Source: a virus (Duplodnaviria; Caudoviricetes). From it: a stretch of 64,000 bases of DNA. The stretch covers positions 417 to 64,416 of the IMG/VR virus record IMGVR_UViG_3300042876_000250. The stretch is one strand, 5' to 3'. A program made the position numbers and the translations under genes. The notes beneath the pieces were generated by a model that was not told the DNA's origin, ran no database searches, and was given only the letters and a program-made list of their open reading frames with translations. Positions 52,330 through 60,686 of the stretch are shown here, in pieces (position 1 is the first letter of the stretch; the number at the start of each line of letters is the position of its first letter).

Positions 52330-52517
52330 CAGAGTAGTTGTTCAGAAGGTTCGTCGAAATCGAATGCTTCGTGTAGTTGCAGCCAGATGGCGTCACGCAC
52401 GTGCTCTCGAATCATATCTTCGCTGGGGCTGTCTGCATGTTTGTGCGCCCTGCGCCAGCCCTGCGCGAAACCGTTCTCAATGCACTGGTCAAGCAGCGGA
52501 ATGATCTTGGGTTTCAT
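52329..52517 (-). CDS. Hypothetical protein
   Basis: CIENG...GWRRAHKH motif. Confidence 0.7.
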   Translation of the reverse strand: MKPKIIPLLDQCIENGFAQGWRRAHKHADSPSEDMIREHVRDAIWLQLHEAFDFDEPSEQLL

Positions 52518-52729
52518 GTGTTCCCCCTTGCTCGGATGGCGGCGGCAACGCGGTCTTTGGCTTCCATAGTGATGTCGTCCTGCTCGCCCGATACCGGCGT
52601 TTCGGCAATCACCGCACACGCCTCGCGCTCTGCTGCGGCTACCGTTTCAACGATGTACAAGAGGCTGTCGATGTCTTTTTGTGACCAGCCAGCCTCCCGC
52701 GCCATGCGGATGATGTCGTCTTGGGTCAC
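52514..52729 (-). CDS. Hypothetical modular protein
   Basis: DIIRMAREAG / AAAEREACA / AAAIRARG blocks. Confidence 0.75.
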   Translation of the reverse strand: MTQDDIIRMAREAGWSQKDIDSLLYIVETVAAAEREACAVIAETPVSGEQDDITMEAKDRVAAAIRARGNT

Positions 52730-52857
52730 TGCGGGTTCTCCTCTTCATCAAAAGTCATGTCGGGCGGGTGAGGCACAGCGTCATGCACAATCACCCCATG
52801 CTCGTCTGCGGGTAGAAAGCGCCCGCACACCACGCAGTAGTAACCTTCATTTTCCAC
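52726..52857 (-). CDS. 43-aa Cys/His peptide
   Basis: AGGAGAACCGCC-GTG; YYCVVCGRFL..IVHD..H. Confidence 0.6.
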   Translation of the reverse strand: MENEGYYCVVCGRFLPADEHGVIVHDAVPHPPDMTFDEEENPQ

Positions 52858-53017
52858 GGCGGTTCTCCTTAATCTTTTTGGCTAGTACTTCGATGTAATC
52901 GCGCGCCTGCTCAACGGGCACTTCGGCGTGATAAAAAATAAGTGCGGCCTCCACGAGTTGCGGACTCATCGGTAGCGTGTAGAAAACCTGCTCCAGGTAC
53001 ACTCGTTTTTCGCTCAT
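52847..53017 (-). CDS. 56-aa hypothetical protein
   Basis: GGAGG SD; ATGA-coupled. Confidence 0.55.
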   Translation of the reverse strand: MSEKRVYLEQVFYTLPMSPQLVEAALIFYHAEVPVEQARDYIEVLAKKIKENRRGK

Positions 53018-53211
53018 GCCACCCTCCAGCAGCGAAAGCCCTCGGGCGTCTTGCGGATGGTGAACCGCCTGCCCAGGGGGTTGCCGTACCTCATGGCTGC
53101 AACGCTGGCTGCGTTTCGCTTCATGCCTTCAGGCAGCAGGAAGCTGTCCCCCACCTCCATCTGCGCGAAGGGGTACTTGATCGGCAACGGGATGTTCTTT
53201 TCTATTTTCAT
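53014..53211 (-). CDS. Small protein (KYPF..M.VGDSF family)
   Basis: IEKNIPLP.KYPFAQMEVGDSF...GFRCWRV. Confidence 0.75.
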   Translation of the reverse strand: MKIEKNIPLPIKYPFAQMEVGDSFLLPEGMKRNAASVAAMRYGNPLGRRFTIRKTPEGFRCWRVA

Positions 53212-53450
53212 GTTTCCTCCCTGGCAGCAGCGATGGCGGCGCGGGCTTTGACGACCGGGCACCACTTCAAGTCTTCGCAGATATGGTCGTCGTGCTGAGT
53301 GTCTTGCAAGAGGTCTTCCAACGCCTCCAGCAGTTGCGCGTTCACTTCGTCTAGGCGGCGTAGTTCCGCCACTGCCCCTCGTTGCCAGCCCACGCGATGG
53401 CTTATGTGGGCGGAATCAATTAGCTGCTGGGCTTTGCTTTGTTTGGTCAT
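53208..53450 (-). CDS. Hypothetical modular protein
   Basis: AELRRL / LLEALE / ARAAIA blocks. Confidence 0.7.
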   Translation of the reverse strand: MTKQSKAQQLIDSAHISHRVGWQRGAVAELRRLDEVNAQLLEALEDLLQDTQHDDHICEDLKWCPVVKARAAIAAAREET

Positions 53451-53947
53451 TTCTGGCCCCCATTCTTCTCGCGCAGCTTGGCTTCAATGGCGCGGGCGAA
53501 ATGCCAATACGGGTCATCGGCGGCTGTAAACTGTTGACCGCGAATGCGCGCATCGTGTTTGCGGAACGAAATGACCGACTCGATCTTGGCATCGACTATC
53601 TCGTCCACGGTCAGCGACACCCACTCTCGGCGAGGCGGGGCAGGGTAGGGTTGCACATGAAATGATGCGAGTGAACCAGACAAGTTGTACCGCTTTTGCA
53701 TTTCTGCGGCCAAGGCGTCTGCTTGTTCTTTCGATTCAAGAAGCTGGTAGTCACAAACCCCGTTCATCACCATCCAACCCAACGGCTCCTGCTCCGTCTG
53801 GGCCAGCCTCTCTTGCAGGGCGGCTCTCAACGGCCCATTGCGGTCAACGTAGTCGTCGCAGTGTGTGCAGCGATGGCCGGGGTCGTCGTCCTCGCCAGAA
53901 CAAGTCAGCGCCTCCAGCGCCTGCTGCATCAGTTCGCGGTCAGTCAT
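53447..53947 (-). CDS. Modular protein, paralogue A
   Basis: MTDRELMQQALEAL..EQEP..APPRREWV.LT..AIEAKL. Confidence 0.75.
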   Translation of the reverse strand: MTDRELMQQALEALTCSGEDDDPGHRCTHCDDYVDRNGPLRAALQERLAQTEQEPLGWMVMNGVCDYQLLESKEQADALAAEMQKRYNLSGSLASFHVQPYPAPPRREWVSLTVDEIVDAKIESVISFRKHDARIRGQQFTAADDPYWHFARAIEAKLREKNGGQK

Positions 53948-54345
53948 GTGTTCTTCTCCTTGAGTTTGGCTTCGATGGCTTCGTACAAGTACAGCATCAT
54001 GGGCGCCCACACGGGGCCGAGTTCTTCTTGAATGCGCCGCCATTCACGAATGCCTCTGCGCTCCTCCTCCGTCAGCCCCACCCATTCACGGCGCGGCGGG
54101 GCGGTGTAGAGGGGCGTTACTGGCCAGCCTTTTTCTCTCCACCGCTCCGACATTTTTTTGCTGTAAGTAGTAGCCGACTTGTCCTCTCGATGGTTTTCGG
54201 TAAACCACGCCACCGGCTCCTGTTCCGGCTGCGCCAGCCTCTCGTTCAAATTTTTCATAGCCAGCTTTGCCACAGGAAACGGCATGGCATCGTCAATCAA
54301 CTTCAGCGCCTCCAGCGCCTGCTGCATGATCTCTCGGTCGGTCAT
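53944..54345 (-). CDS. Modular protein, paralogue B
   Basis: Same conserved blocks as 53447-53947. Confidence 0.75.
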   Translation of the reverse strand: MTDREIMQQALEALKLIDDAMPFPVAKLAMKNLNERLAQPEQEPVAWFTENHREDKSATTYSKKMSERWREKGWPVTPLYTAPPRREWVGLTEEERRGIREWRRIQEELGPVWAPMMLYLYEAIEAKLKEKNT

Positions 54346-54671
54346 GTCCCGCTCCCCCGTTGGTTGCTGCGCTGGCACGGCCACACGCGGCTGAGGGCCC
54401 GGTTGACCAGGGAGTCGGCAGACAGGTGGCGGATAGCGGGGTTGTCCTCCAGATAGCGCTTCACAATGTCATGCGCTTGGCCCACCGTCACGCCGTCTGG
54501 CATGCACACAGTCACCGTGGTCAGGGCATCGGATGCGCCCATCACGTAGCCGACCGCAGACATCTGGCGCATCTGGGTGCCGTTCATGTCAGCCAGCAGG
54601 CGGTTGCCGTCCATGAACTCTGCATGTGCGGCGCTGGCGCACAGCGCCAGCATGAGGAGTGCTTTCTTCAT
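54342..54671 (-). CDS. Secreted Rap1a-like (T6SS amidase immunity family) protein
   Basis: Signal peptide ending AHA; F.DGN.L, GYV.G..D, C.P.GVT..Q, YL..NP..RH..A, AL...WPC. Confidence 0.75.
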   Translation of the reverse strand: MKKALLMLALCASAAHAEFMDGNRLLADMNGTQMRQMSAVGYVMGASDALTTVTVCMPDGVTVGQAHDIVKRYLEDNPAIRHLSADSLVNRALSRVWPCQRSNQRGSGT

Positions 54672-54826
54672 TGGTCGATCCTACCTTTCTTTTGAGCAAG
54701 CAGCCACTTGTCGCCGAGCCTGCGAATCTGCCTGACCCATTGGCGCTGGTAGCTGCGGTTGTGTTCGCGCGGCACCCATTCAGAGTTGAACAGGCGGCGC
54801 ACATGCTTGAGTCGTTCGGTGTTCAT
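54668..54826 (-). CDS. 52-aa basic protein
   Basis: AGGAGG SD; RQWVRQIRRLGDKWLLA. Confidence 0.7.
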   Translation of the reverse strand: MNTERLKHVRRLFNSEWVPREHNRSYQRQWVRQIRRLGDKWLLAQKKGRIDQ

Positions 54827-54842
54827 GTGTCGCCTCCTTGTC

Positions 54843-55766
54843 TCAGTTGAAGAGCTTCTTGAGTTCGTCGTACACGGCCTTGGCTTGCAGCACCGACAGC
54901 CCTTCGAGGTGCGCCTGGGGAGACCACGCTTCCTTGCGCGGCAGCACCGCAGCGATACCGACAGGGGCAGCGCTCACAGCGGGGGCAGGCGCAGGCGCTG
55001 CCTGCACTTTGACCTTGGACTTGGGGCCGGGCTTGCTACGCACAGCCTTGGGCGTGCGGTTGACCGCTGCTTTGATGGGCGTGTACTCATTCTGGGTGGC
55101 AAACAGTCCGGTGTCCGCGTCGCCCTTGAGCATCCCCGCCTTGAGCATCTGGCCCAGCAAAGAGTCAACCGAGTTGGGCTTGAACCCCCGAGCGACCATA
55201 GCTTCAGCGGCCTGCCTGCGAGTGCAGCCAGGGTTGTCGCGCACGTAGTTGAAGGTCTCGCGGGAGACGTTGTTGGTGATCTGGAAAAGATGTGCAGGCA
55301 TGGTTTGCTCCTTCTTGGTAGTGATTGCGTGGTTGGTGGAAACTTCTTCGATCTTCTGCGCGCCGCCCTCGTCGTCCCAGTCATCGGGGATTTCTTTCGG
55401 GGGAGTAGGCACGGGTTGCAGTGTTTGCGCAGCGCGTTCAATTGCGGTTTGCAGCGCGGTCTTGAGGTCGGGCATGATGAGAGTTCCTTTCTTGCTTGCT
55501 TCGATTTGTTGCTTAACTTGCTGCACCCACTGCACTACTTCCTTCTTGCGGTAATAGGTTCGTGGGTGTTGTGTGGCTGATGCTGGCACTTTGAGTGCTG
55601 GTTTGGGAGCGCCTGGGTACTTCCTGGCCATCTTCCCAAACCATGTCGGGTGTATGCCTGCTGCTTCGCAGCACTCTGCGAGCGTGTAGAGAGGGGTGTG
55701 CTTGACCCCCGCTTTCATGTCTCGCAGGCGCTGGGCATGCATGGCGCCTAGGCCTTCGTGTTTCAC
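54843..55766 (-). CDS. Putative DNA-binding protein (possible internal start at MPDLK)
   Basis: HTH-like N-terminal part; TFNYVRDNPG.T winged-helix-like part. Confidence 0.6.
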   Translation of the reverse strand: MKHEGLGAMHAQRLRDMKAGVKHTPLYTLAECCEAAGIHPTWFGKMARKYPGAPKPALKVPASATQHPRTYYRKKEVVQWVQQVKQQIEASKKGTLIMPDLKTALQTAIERAAQTLQPVPTPPKEIPDDWDDEGGAQKIEEVSTNHAITTKKEQTMPAHLFQITNNVSRETFNYVRDNPGCTRRQAAEAMVARGFKPNSVDSLLGQMLKAGMLKGDADTGLFATQNEYTPIKAAVNRTPKAVRSKPGPKSKVKVQAAPAPAPAVSAAPVGIAAVLPRKEAWSPQAHLEGLSVLQAKAVYDELKKLFN

Positions 55767-55778
55767 ATATAGCCCCTT

Positions 55779-56669
55779 TCAAAAAGAAAATTTGTCGAGG
55801 ATGGCATCGACGTTCTTCTTCACATCCTGGCGCACCGCCTCGTTCTTGCGAAGCTCGGCAGGGGTCACGCCACACAGCAGTTGCTCCAGGCTAGAGCGCA
55901 CGCTCTCCAGTTGCTGGTCGCCAACCACATTCAATGCGCGAGTCAGGTCGCACAGCTCCAGCGCACCATCGACAAGGGAGTCGTGGAAGCGCCGCGTCTT
56001 GGCCTCGCCCGCTACGTAGTCGGTGGTCAGGCGGTCAGACATACGCTTGAGGTGTTCGCCCAGGCGCTTGCGCACGTCAGCCATAGCGGCCTCCACCCGC
56101 TCGTCAGCAAGACGTTGCAGCTTGCTCTGAATGTCCTGCATCGCAGCGTTGCCCACGTCAACGCGGAAGTCGCCAGCCGTAGGCACAGGCATGTAGTTCA
56201 CGCGGAAAGCGAACTTGGTCATGATCTCGTTCTGCGTGGGGTAGTCGTCCCTGCGGAACATGCCGCCCAGCGCCATGGCCTGCGCCGTAATCAGCGTGGG
56301 ATAGATGGCCACGAAGTCGTGCACCAGCCGCTCGAACTCCTCCTCGAAGGCGTTCATCTTGGCCGCGAAGTTCTCGAAGTTGAGCACCGGCAGCAGGCGC
56401 AGGCCAGAGTCAGACCAGGGCAGCGTGTTGTCGTACACGTATTGCCGAGCGCGGCCGACCATCTGCTGGATAACCTCCAGCTCGTTGCGGCCAGCAAGCA
56501 GGTGCTTGTTGACCCGCGCCGCGTCTTTGGCCGCAGCGTTCTTGGAGGTGACGACCTCCTCGGTCGCGCTCTTGTCGAGCTTGCGCGCAGTCCAGACCGA
56601 TGCGTTGAACTCGGCCAGCATGGCGCAGGTGTCGATGTTGTAGCGAGGGGTGTTGATTGCTTGGTTCAT
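55779..56669 (-). CDS. DUF3150-like protein
   Basis: WTARKLDK, TLPWSDSGLRLLP, F...DYP, F.F....P.P..GDF. Confidence 0.6.
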   Translation of the reverse strand: MNQAINTPRYNIDTCAMLAEFNASVWTARKLDKSATEEVVTSKNAAAKDAARVNKHLLAGRNELEVIQQMVGRARQYVYDNTLPWSDSGLRLLPVLNFENFAAKMNAFEEEFERLVHDFVAIYPTLITAQAMALGGMFRRDDYPTQNEIMTKFAFRVNYMPVPTAGDFRVDVGNAAMQDIQSKLQRLADERVEAAMADVRKRLGEHLKRMSDRLTTDYVAGEAKTRRFHDSLVDGALELCDLTRALNVVGDQQLESVRSSLEQLLCGVTPAELRKNEAVRQDVKKNVDAILDKFSF

Positions 56670-56681
56670 GGTGGTTCTCCT

Positions 56682-56900
56682 TTAGTAAATGTCAGACACG
56701 CTGTTGAGATGATTCTTGAGCGCGCGCAGCGCCACGCGCTCAAGCGTCGAGACGTGAAACCCGAGTATCCGGGCACCTACCTCGTTGGTGTTATTCGCTA
56801 TGTACGCCGCCACAATCTTCTCGATGTCCAGCCTAATCTTCTCGGCAAGCTCAGGGTTGCAGTCCCCGAGCGACAGCAGCGATGCGGTCTCGTCGTGCAT
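56682..56900 (-). CDS. Hypothetical protein
   Basis: AGGAGAACCAACC-ATG. Confidence 0.7.
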   Translation of the reverse strand: MHDETASLLSLGDCNPELAEKIRLDIEKIVAAYIANNTNEVGARILGFHVSTLERVALRALKNHLNSVSDIY

Positions 56901-56912
56901 GGTTGGTTCTCC

Positions 56913-58112
56913 TTACTCTTTGATGTGCATGACCTTGCCGCGCAGCGGGACGAACGAGTCGTTCTCCACTACGCCCCAGAGGACAGGAACGTCCGGCAAG
57001 CTGTACTGAGGTTCGATGTAGCCATCGGTCAGCATGATGACTGCCATGGGCTTGTACTCCTTCTCGGCAATGTACTGGGCAACGCACGAGACCGTGGTGC
57101 CGCCACCGCCAACAGGCTTGAGAAGCTCGGGCATGCGCTCGTAGTCCTCGGGCAGGAACTCCTGATCGCCGCCGACCTTGGTGTCCCACCACAGCACGCG
57201 CACCTTCTCGGGCTTGACGTGCTGGCACACACGCGAGACCTCACCGAAGATGATGGGGTAGTACGGGTGCATGGAGCCTGACGTGTCAGTGGCAATGATG
57301 ATCTCGCCGATGGTCTCGTCGAAGTGCGAGGGCATGATGAAGCCGCTGGCAAGCAGGCGCTTGTTGGGCGGGCAGAAGCGCGAGTTCTCGTCGCCCTTGC
57401 ACACGGTGGTGATGAAGTCGATGAGCGCCTCGCGCCAGTTGGTCTGGCGCTCTTGCATGGTGCCGAGCAGGTCACGGCCACCGCTACCCTCGCCGCGCAT
57501 CTTGCGCACGAGCAGCTCACCCTGGCGGTTGGCATCGTCCACGATCTTCTCGATGGCGTCGCGCTCCTCCTGGCTCATGCCATCGGACATCTGGTGGTCG
57601 TCCATCGGGCCGGGCTTACCGTCGCCACCCTGGCCGTCACCTTCGCCGCCCTGGCCCTCGTCGAGCAGGGTCTTGAGCACCTGGGGGAAAGACATGCCCT
57701 TGAAGCGCACGTCAACGAGGGGCTCGACCTTGGTCGGACGCTCAACGAATTGCAGGTTGGGATCAAGCTCCTCGATCATGCCGTTGACCACGTAGTCCAT
57801 GGCCATGTTGCACACTCGGCCGCCGAAGCGCTTGACGTAGGCGTGGTACTCGGCCAGCACGCAGTGCTTGAGCGCGATGTGGAAGTTCTCGTGCAGCACG
57901 AGGTAGCGCAGTTGCTTGCGCGTCATGCCGCTGATGAACTCCTCGCCATAGTACTTGTCGAGACCGTTGGTGCAGGCCGTGGGGATGTCGGCTTTGACCT
58001 CAGACTTACCGGCGCAGATGTGGCCGGAGAGAAGCGCGAAGTTGCGGTCGCGCATGCAGTCGATGTTGACTGCCTGAATCTTCTGGGTAGGTGTCAGTTT
58101 GTCGAAGGACAT
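56913..58112 (-). CDS. Metallopeptidase plus vWA domain protein (DUF2201-like)
   Basis: TACTNG, LHENFHIAL.H, NMAMDYVVN; MIDAS DTSGSM, GGGGT, LTDGY. Confidence 0.88.
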   Translation of the reverse strand: MSFDKLTPTQKIQAVNIDCMRDRNFALLSGHICAGKSEVKADIPTACTNGLDKYYGEEFISGMTRKQLRYLVLHENFHIALKHCVLAEYHAYVKRFGGRVCNMAMDYVVNGMIEELDPNLQFVERPTKVEPLVDVRFKGMSFPQVLKTLLDEGQGGEGDGQGGDGKPGPMDDHQMSDGMSQEERDAIEKIVDDANRQGELLVRKMRGEGSGGRDLLGTMQERQTNWREALIDFITTVCKGDENSRFCPPNKRLLASGFIMPSHFDETIGEIIIATDTSGSMHPYYPIIFGEVSRVCQHVKPEKVRVLWWDTKVGGDQEFLPEDYERMPELLKPVGGGGTTVSCVAQYIAEKEYKPMAVIMLTDGYIEPQYSLPDVPVLWGVVENDSFVPLRGKVMHIKE

Positions 58113-58134
58113 GATTGGTTCTCCTTGGGTTGAT

Positions 58135-58148
58135 GGGGCCGAAGCCCC
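58135..58148 (-). other. C(UUCG)G tetraloop hairpin between the AAA and vWA genes
   Basis: GGGGC-TTCG-GCCCC on the - strand, no U tract. Confidence 0.6.
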
Positions 58149-58154
58149 GAGTGA

Positions 58155-59285
58155 TTACTTGGTGGTGAAGAAAATCTTGTGCTCGGCCAGCATCTTGCCG
58201 AAGTTGGCAAGCGTGACGTACATGCCCACGCGCTGCGACTGAGCGACAGAGTTGCAGAAGATGGACTGCATCTCAGCGCGCATGCGGTGCACGTAGGTCA
58301 CGATCTTCTCGGCGTCCTCGCGGTTGTCACAGCGAGAGACGAACTGCATCACCTGCACAAGCTGCGCCGTGGGGTTGTTCGAGATCGGTGCAGTCTCCGG
58401 CTCCTTGAGCACACGGGCGTACTCGCAAATCTCCTTGCCGAAGCGAATGAACGATGCAAGGTTCTGCGCAGCCACAGAGCCGATGGTGCCAGACAGCGCA
58501 ACCTCCAGCGTGTCATCGTCGAGCACACCGAGACCCTCGTGCAGGATGTCAGAGGCAGCAACGAGCGAGCGCATGGTCACGTAGGCCATAGCGGTGGAGC
58601 GAGGGTTGAAGATCATGGCGTTGTCCTTGGCCATGTCCTTGCCCGCATGCTTGCCGCCCTTCTCGTAGTCGAGGAAGGAGTCGAACACCACGTCATAGTT
58701 CTTGGCAAAGGCCACGACCATCTCGTGCACACCGTTGTCCAGCGCCCAGGTGATCCACTCCTGAGCCGTAGGCTTGCGCATACGCACGAACACCAGACGG
58801 TTGCGCAGGTGAGCCTGGATGCTATCGCCAAGACCCTCGACGGCGAGGTTGGTAGCGCAGAACACAACCGAACCCTCGGGCATGTGGTAGTTACCGACGC
58901 GGTGCTCGTAGATGATCGGGGCCAGCACGTTCTTGATGAACTGCGGAGCCTTGGCCACCTCGTCGAGGAAGCACACGATCGGGCGGCTGCCGTTGATGCC
59001 CTTCTGGTTGGTGCGGCTGACACCGAAGCGCTCGTTGGGAAGCTCACGCGAGACACCGTTCTCACGGTCGAGATCAGGCATCCACACCGAGCCATCGGAC
59101 AGTTGCGTGCAGTCGATGGGGTCAACAGCGATGTGGTTGGCGAACTTGGGATGCGCCTTGAGGGCGTGGAACAGCGCGGTCTTACCGATGCCGTTCTCGC
59201 CCTCGACGATCACGGTGCGCTTGTGACCGACAGCAGCGATGAGGTTGAGGGTCTGGGTGAAGGAGAGCATTTTGATTGCGGACAT
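58155..59285 (-). CDS. MoxR/dynein-related AAA+ ATPase
   Basis: GENGIGKT, CFLDEVAK, ATN, HLRNR. Confidence 0.88.
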   Translation of the reverse strand: MSAIKMLSFTQTLNLIAAVGHKRTVIVEGENGIGKTALFHALKAHPKFANHIAVDPIDCTQLSDGSVWMPDLDRENGVSRELPNERFGVSRTNQKGINGSRPIVCFLDEVAKAPQFIKNVLAPIIYEHRVGNYHMPEGSVVFCATNLAVEGLGDSIQAHLRNRLVFVRMRKPTAQEWITWALDNGVHEMVVAFAKNYDVVFDSFLDYEKGGKHAGKDMAKDNAMIFNPRSTAMAYVTMRSLVAASDILHEGLGVLDDDTLEVALSGTIGSVAAQNLASFIRFGKEICEYARVLKEPETAPISNNPTAQLVQVMQFVSRCDNREDAEKIVTYVHRMRAEMQSIFCNSVAQSQRVGMYVTLANFGKMLAEHKIFFTTK

Positions 59286-59331
59286 GATTGGTTCCTTGAG
59301 GTTAGGTTGGTTGGGTTGGTTGAGGAATCGA

Positions 59332-59356
59332 ACTCGCTGACACCGTGTCAGCGAGT
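59332..59356. promoter_or_regulatory. 25-bp palindromic motif, copy 3 (perfect arms)
   Basis: ACTCGCTGACAC-C-GTGTCAGCGAGT just downstream of a promoter. Confidence 0.75.
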
Positions 59357-59366
59357 GGTTGCAGAG

Positions 59367-59396
59367 AGTGTATCTGATCTGTCTAGTGTTTGACAA
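59367..59396 (-). promoter_or_regulatory. Sigma70-like promoter of the AAA-vWA operon
   Basis: TTGTCA-18-TACACT. Confidence 0.6.
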
Positions 59397-59411
59397 CTCC
59401 TTTCATTAGGG

Positions 59412-60389
59412 TTATTTGGGATAGCACGTCACATTGGAGAGCGTGATCTCGTCGGGCTGCGGGAACTGAGGGTAGGGCTTGGTGCTGTTGGGCTTGTTGA
59501 GACCGACCATCTCCACAATACGTTTCCACAAAGCTGCCTGGAACTCCTTGGCCGTGATGCGCTTGTCTGCGGGCAGCACTTCGTACGGCGCGGTGTGTGA
59601 TGAGTTGCCCCAGGTATGCAGGAGGTTGAGGTCGTAGGCCCGTGTCGATGCCAGCTTCTCGAAGACGCGCAGGCCCATATCGAAGAAGCGGGTGTACGCC
59701 TCGGTGGTGGCGGTGCCAAGGCCCATGTACTCCTTGTAGATAGCAACCACGGCGTTCTTGTGCACCCAGGTGATGTTCGAGTCACCGAACGGCCCACCGA
59801 CGTAGCCTTTGAGTTCAGCGTCGTGCTCGTACTCGGGCATACGCATGATAGCCAGCGACAGCAGCGGCTCGAACAGTTGCTTGGTGTGAGCACGTTTGGC
59901 CTTGTCGTCCTGGCCGCTGATGCGCTTGTAGATCGGCGTGTGCGATGACTTGGCCAGGAGCAGCCTGTCGTTTTGGAAGTACAGGTCGGTGCTGAAGTCA
60001 CTGCCCGGCATCTTCACAGCGGCGATGGGCACAACCCTGGTGGTGCCATCGTCGGCCTTGACGTGGTTGAAAGCCTCCACGCCAAGCACGTCCCACATGA
60101 AGCCCTTGCTGGTGTTAGTGTGGTGGCCGCAGAACTGCGTGCGCAGCACGCCATCGTCGTCGGGCTTGTGAAAGCGGGCCATCACCGTGGAGTACAGGCA
60201 CAGGTCGTAGTACTCACCAGGGTTGCTGATGCTGGTCTCGATGCGGTAGTGCTGGAAACGCGCGCCGCGCAGCGGGCGCTGGTAGTCCTCCCACTTGGTG
60301 CTGCGGGGTTTGTTGGTGTTGCGGAAGTGCTTCTCGGCAGCGGCGTAGTTGGTGATGCGCGAAATCGAACTTGTTTGTCCTGCGAACAT
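59412..60389 (-). CDS. Hypothetical early protein, 325 aa
   Basis: AGGAGAACCACC-ATG; phage-like codon usage. Confidence 0.8.
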   Translation of the reverse strand: MFAGQTSSISRITNYAAAEKHFRNTNKPRSTKWEDYQRPLRGARFQHYRIETSISNPGEYYDLCLYSTVMARFHKPDDDGVLRTQFCGHHTNTSKGFMWDVLGVEAFNHVKADDGTTRVVPIAAVKMPGSDFSTDLYFQNDRLLLAKSSHTPIYKRISGQDDKAKRAHTKQLFEPLLSLAIMRMPEYEHDAELKGYVGGPFGDSNITWVHKNAVVAIYKEYMGLGTATTEAYTRFFDMGLRVFEKLASTRAYDLNLLHTWGNSSHTAPYEVLPADKRITAKEFQAALWKRIVEMVGLNKPNSTKPYPQFPQPDEITLSNVTCYPK

Positions 60390-60428
60390 GGTGGTTCTCC
60401 TTGTGGTTGAGGTTGGGTTGGGGGTTGG

Positions 60429-60686
60429 TTAAATGCGGTGCTCGTCGGCTTGGCGTGCGAGCGTTGGGTTGAGCCTGTTGAGTGCTGCGACAACGACAGG
60501 CTTGTGCTTGCGAAGGCGCTGCACCACGTCCTTGTAGCGCGGCGCTGCATCGGCCAAGTACTTGCAGTTTGGCGGGGCGTCAGGGTGCGCTGCAATCTCC
60601 AGCACCTTGCGGCCCATGTCTTCCTTGAGCTTGACGAGCGCAAGCCAAGAGCGGTAAAGCTCTGTTGCTTTATCTTTGTTTGTCAT
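60429..60686 (-). CDS. Hypothetical protein
   Basis: ATGA-coupled. Confidence 0.7.
   Translation of the reverse strand: MTNKDKATELYRSWLALVKLKEDMGRKVLEIAAHPDAPPNCKYLADAAPRYKDVVQRLRKHKPVVVAALNRLNPTLARQADEHRI

Noticed and set aside
53447-54345. Diversity-generating retroelement (TR/VR pair)
   Set aside because: No reverse transcriptase; the differences are block substitutions, not adenine-specific.
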